In this document: one piece after another, positions 61,332 to 64,000 of the stretch
Numbering within the stretch: position 1 is the first letter of the stretch
Layout: each line of letters starts with the position of its first letter
DNA from: Eledone cirrhosa
Taxonomy: Eukaryota
Length of the DNA: 64,000 nt
NCBI GenBank assembly: GCA_964016885.1
Contig: OZ024741.1
Span: 371,504,001-371,568,000 of the forward strand
Reading direction: 5' to 3'
The notes under the pieces: generated by a model
The model's input: only the letters and a program-made list of their open reading frames with translations
What the model was told of the DNA's origin: nothing
Databases searched by the model: none
Position numbers and translations under genes: made by a program

Positions 61332-64000
61332 CTACCACCAGCAACAACACCAACATTACCACTACCAACAACACCAACAACACCAACACCACCATCAACA
61401 CCAACACTACCACCACCAACAACACCAACACTACCACCACCACCAACAACACCAACACTACCACCACCACCAACAACACCAACGCTACCACCACCACCAA
61501 CAACACCAACACTACCACCACCAACACCAACACTACCACCAACAACAACACCAACACCAACACCACCACCACCACCACCACCACCAACACTACCACCACC
61601 ACCAACAACACCAACACTACCACCACCACCAACAACACCAACACTACCACCAACACCATCAACACCAACAACACCAACACTACCACCACCACCATCAACA
61701 CCGACACTATCACCACCACCAACAACACCAACACTACCACCACCACCAACAACACCAACACCACCACCACCACCAAAATCAACAACACCACCAACACTAC
61801 CACCACCACCATCAACACCAACACTATCACCACCACCAACAACACCAACACTACCACCACCACCATCACCACCATAAACACCAACACTACCACCACCAAC
61901 AACACCAACACTACCACCACCAACAACACCAACACTACCACCACCAACAACACCAACACCACCACCACCAACAACACCAACACTACCACCAACAACAACA
62001 CCAACACCACCACCACCAACAACACCAACACTACCACCACCACCATCACCACCATAAACACCAACACTACCACCACCACCACCACCACCAACACTACCAC
62101 CAACAACAACACCAACACCACCACCACCAACAACACCAACACTATCACCACCACCAACAACACCAACACTACCACCACCACCATCACCACCATAAACACC
62201 AACACTACCACCACCACCACCACCACCAACACTACCACCAACAACAACACCAACACCACCACCACCAACAACACCAACACTACCACAAAAACAACACCAA
62301 CAACACCACCACCACCATCAACACCAACAACACCAACAACACCAACACCACCACCAACAACAACACCAACACTACCACCACCACCAACAACACCAACACT
62401 ACCACCAACACCACCAACACTACCACCACCAACAACACCAACACTACCACCACCACCATCACCACCATCAACACCAACACTACCACCAACAACAACACCA
62501 ACACCACCAACAACACCAACACTACCACCAACAACAACACCAACACCACCAACAACACCAACACTACCACCACCAACACCAACACTACCACCAACAACAC
62601 CAACACTACCACCACCAACAACACCAACACTGCCACCACTACCATCAACACCAACACTACCACCAACAACAACACCAACACTACCACTACCACCAACAAC
62701 ACCAACACTACCACCACCACCAACAACACCAACACTACCACCAACACCACCAACACTACCACCACCAACAACACCAACACTACCACCACCACCAACAACA
62801 CCAACACTACCACCACCAACAACACCAACACTGCCACCACCACCATCAACACCACCACCACCACCACCATCAACACCAACACTACCACCAACAACAACAC
62901 CAACACTACCACTACCACCAACAACACCAACACTACCACCACCACCAACAACACCAACACTACCACCAACACCACCAACACTACCACCACCATCAACACC
63001 AACACTACCGCCACCACCAACAACACTAACACTACCACCAACAACAACACCAACACCACCAACAACACCAACACTACCACCACCAACACCAACACTACCA
63101 CGAACAACACCAACACTACCACCACCAACAACACCAACACTACCACCACCACCATCAACACCAACACTACCACCACCACCATCAACACCAACAACACCAA
63201 CACTACCACCACCACCAACAACACCAACACTACCACCACCACCAACATCACCACCATCAACACCAACAACACCAACAACACCAACACTGCCACCACCACC
63301 ATCAACACCAACACTACCACCACCACCAACAACACCAACACTACCACCAACAACAACACCAACACCACCACCGACACTACCACCACCACCAACAACACCA
63401 ACACTACCACCACCAACAACACCAACACTGCCACCACCACCATCAACACCAACACTACCACCACCACCAACACCAACACTGCCACCACCACCATCAACAC
63501 CAACACTACCACCACCACCATCACCACCATAAACACCAACACTACCACCACCACCAACACCACCACCACCACCACCACCACCACCAACACTACCACCACC
63601 ACCAACAACACCAACACTACCACCACCATCAACAACACCAACAACACCACCACCACCATCAACACCAACAACACCAACAACACCAACACCACCACCAACA
63701 ACAACACCAACACTACCACCAACAACAACACCAACACCACCACCACCAACAACACCAACACTATCACCACCACCAACAACACCAACACTACCACCACCAC
63801 CATCACCACCATAAACACCAACACTACCACCACCACCACCACCACCAACACTACCACCAACAACAACACCAACACCACCAACAACACCAACACTACCACC
63901 ATCAACACCAACACTACTACCACCAACAACACCAACAGTACCACCACCAACAACACCAACACTGCCACCACCACCATCAACACCAACACTACCACCAACA
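54545..64000. repeat. Complex trinucleotide-based satellite (ACC/AAC/ACT/ATC)n, more than 9.4 kb, running off the window end
   Basis: 12-bp ATCAACACTACC domain to about 56700, then AACACCAACACT(ACC)n domain; plus strand almost devoid of G. Confidence 0.95.

Noticed and set aside
54518-63998. Val/Gly/Leu-rich minus-strand ORFs up to 1345 aa
   Set aside because: Antisense of a trinucleotide satellite that lacks stop codons by composition

Overview
Eukaryotic, AT-rich, extremely repeat-dense DNA. The tRNA-type SINE with a Nin-like core and the microsatellite load point to an octopus/cephalopod genome (inference, not a database result). No complete host gene is recognisable. Nearly all long ORFs in the track are artefacts of simple repeats. 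Real coding remnants: a 5'-truncated, frameshifted CR1/L2-group LINE (about 8310-11818; CCCH-finger ORF1 plus APE-RT ORF2); a decayed near-full-length Penelope-like element (PLE; RT then GIY-YIG, about 45615-49100, minus) with a 5'-truncated sibling (43220-44585, plus) and other PLE scraps; a complete non-autonomous Helitron (37505-38086); and a hAT MITE with a perfect 8-bp TSD (22211-22411). Large satellites: an 87-bp minisatellite, 4.8 kb of (GTGTA)n and more than 9 kb of (ACC/AAC/ACT/ATC)n. The main hidden signal is RNA structure. About 15 hammerhead-ribozyme motifs of several families sit in short microsatellite-inserted, partially tandem or fold-back elements (PLE pseudo-LTR/retrozyme-like). 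One family (33079, 33827, 36577) has the three hammerhead core strands in a non-canonical, pseudoknotted order, supported by three compensatory base-pair changes. This is the best candidate for something undescribed. There is also a GATA/Fox enhancer-like cluster and a few weakly supported exons.
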